This document shows positions 49,175 to 49,262 of a DNA stretch of 49,262 bases, piece by piece (within the stretch, counting starts at the first letter, position 1; each line of letters begins with the position of its first letter). The position numbers and the translations under genes are program-made. The DNA is from an uncultured Gemmatimonadota bacterium (GTDB taxonomy: Bacteria; GCA-2686955): the NCBI GenBank assembly GCA_964490075.1, contig CAZBBK010000040.1, forward strand, positions 1 to 49,262, read 5' to 3'. Under the pieces are notes generated by a model that did no database searches, was not told the DNA's origin, and saw only the letters and a program-made list of their open reading frames with translations.

Positions 49175-49262
49175 CTTCCTCTCCTGCTTGGATGCGAATC
49201 AGCGGGGGGGGGGGGGGGGGGGGGGGCCGGGGGGGTGGGGGGGGGGTAGGCCGGCCCGGGGC

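Noticed and set aside
49204-49246. Poly-G tract (23 G plus further runs) as a G-quadruplex or phase-variable element
   Set aside because: It lies at the window end and is typical of low-quality or two-colour sequencing artefacts. Unsupported without reads.

Overview
High-GC bacterial DNA. The host is probably a diderm, and the FlgD-Ig C-terminal domains point to the FCB group (both inferences). Positions ~1.5-35 kb form an island of secreted right-handed beta-helix proteins. It is interrupted by a COG0523 GTPase plus M16 peptidase pair operon, and several of its genes are deleted, frameshifted or mosaic. The most interesting element is at 6785-15976. It encodes a WxL-domain subunit with its own sigma70 promoter and 3' hairpin, a second WxL-like paralog, a possible third subunit, a DUF916-like protein lacking the usual membrane anchor, and a predicted outer-membrane beta-barrel with four prealbumin/SdrB-like domains. 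This combination looks like a chaperone-usher-type surface fibre built from WxL parts normally known from Gram-positive bacteria. It sits among three modular adhesin-like paralogs with different C-terminal tips (none, 2x LamG, fibrinogen-like). Positions 35-49 kb are housekeeping: ribBA-ribH-nusB, metallophosphoesterase, methyltransferase, GT4, flippase-like protein, xseA (with an unusual N-terminal HARP-like domain), xseB, DEAD-box helicase, Lon-N protein, SGNH-like protein and a SUV3-like helicase. All domain calls are from motif recognition by eye; no searches were run.
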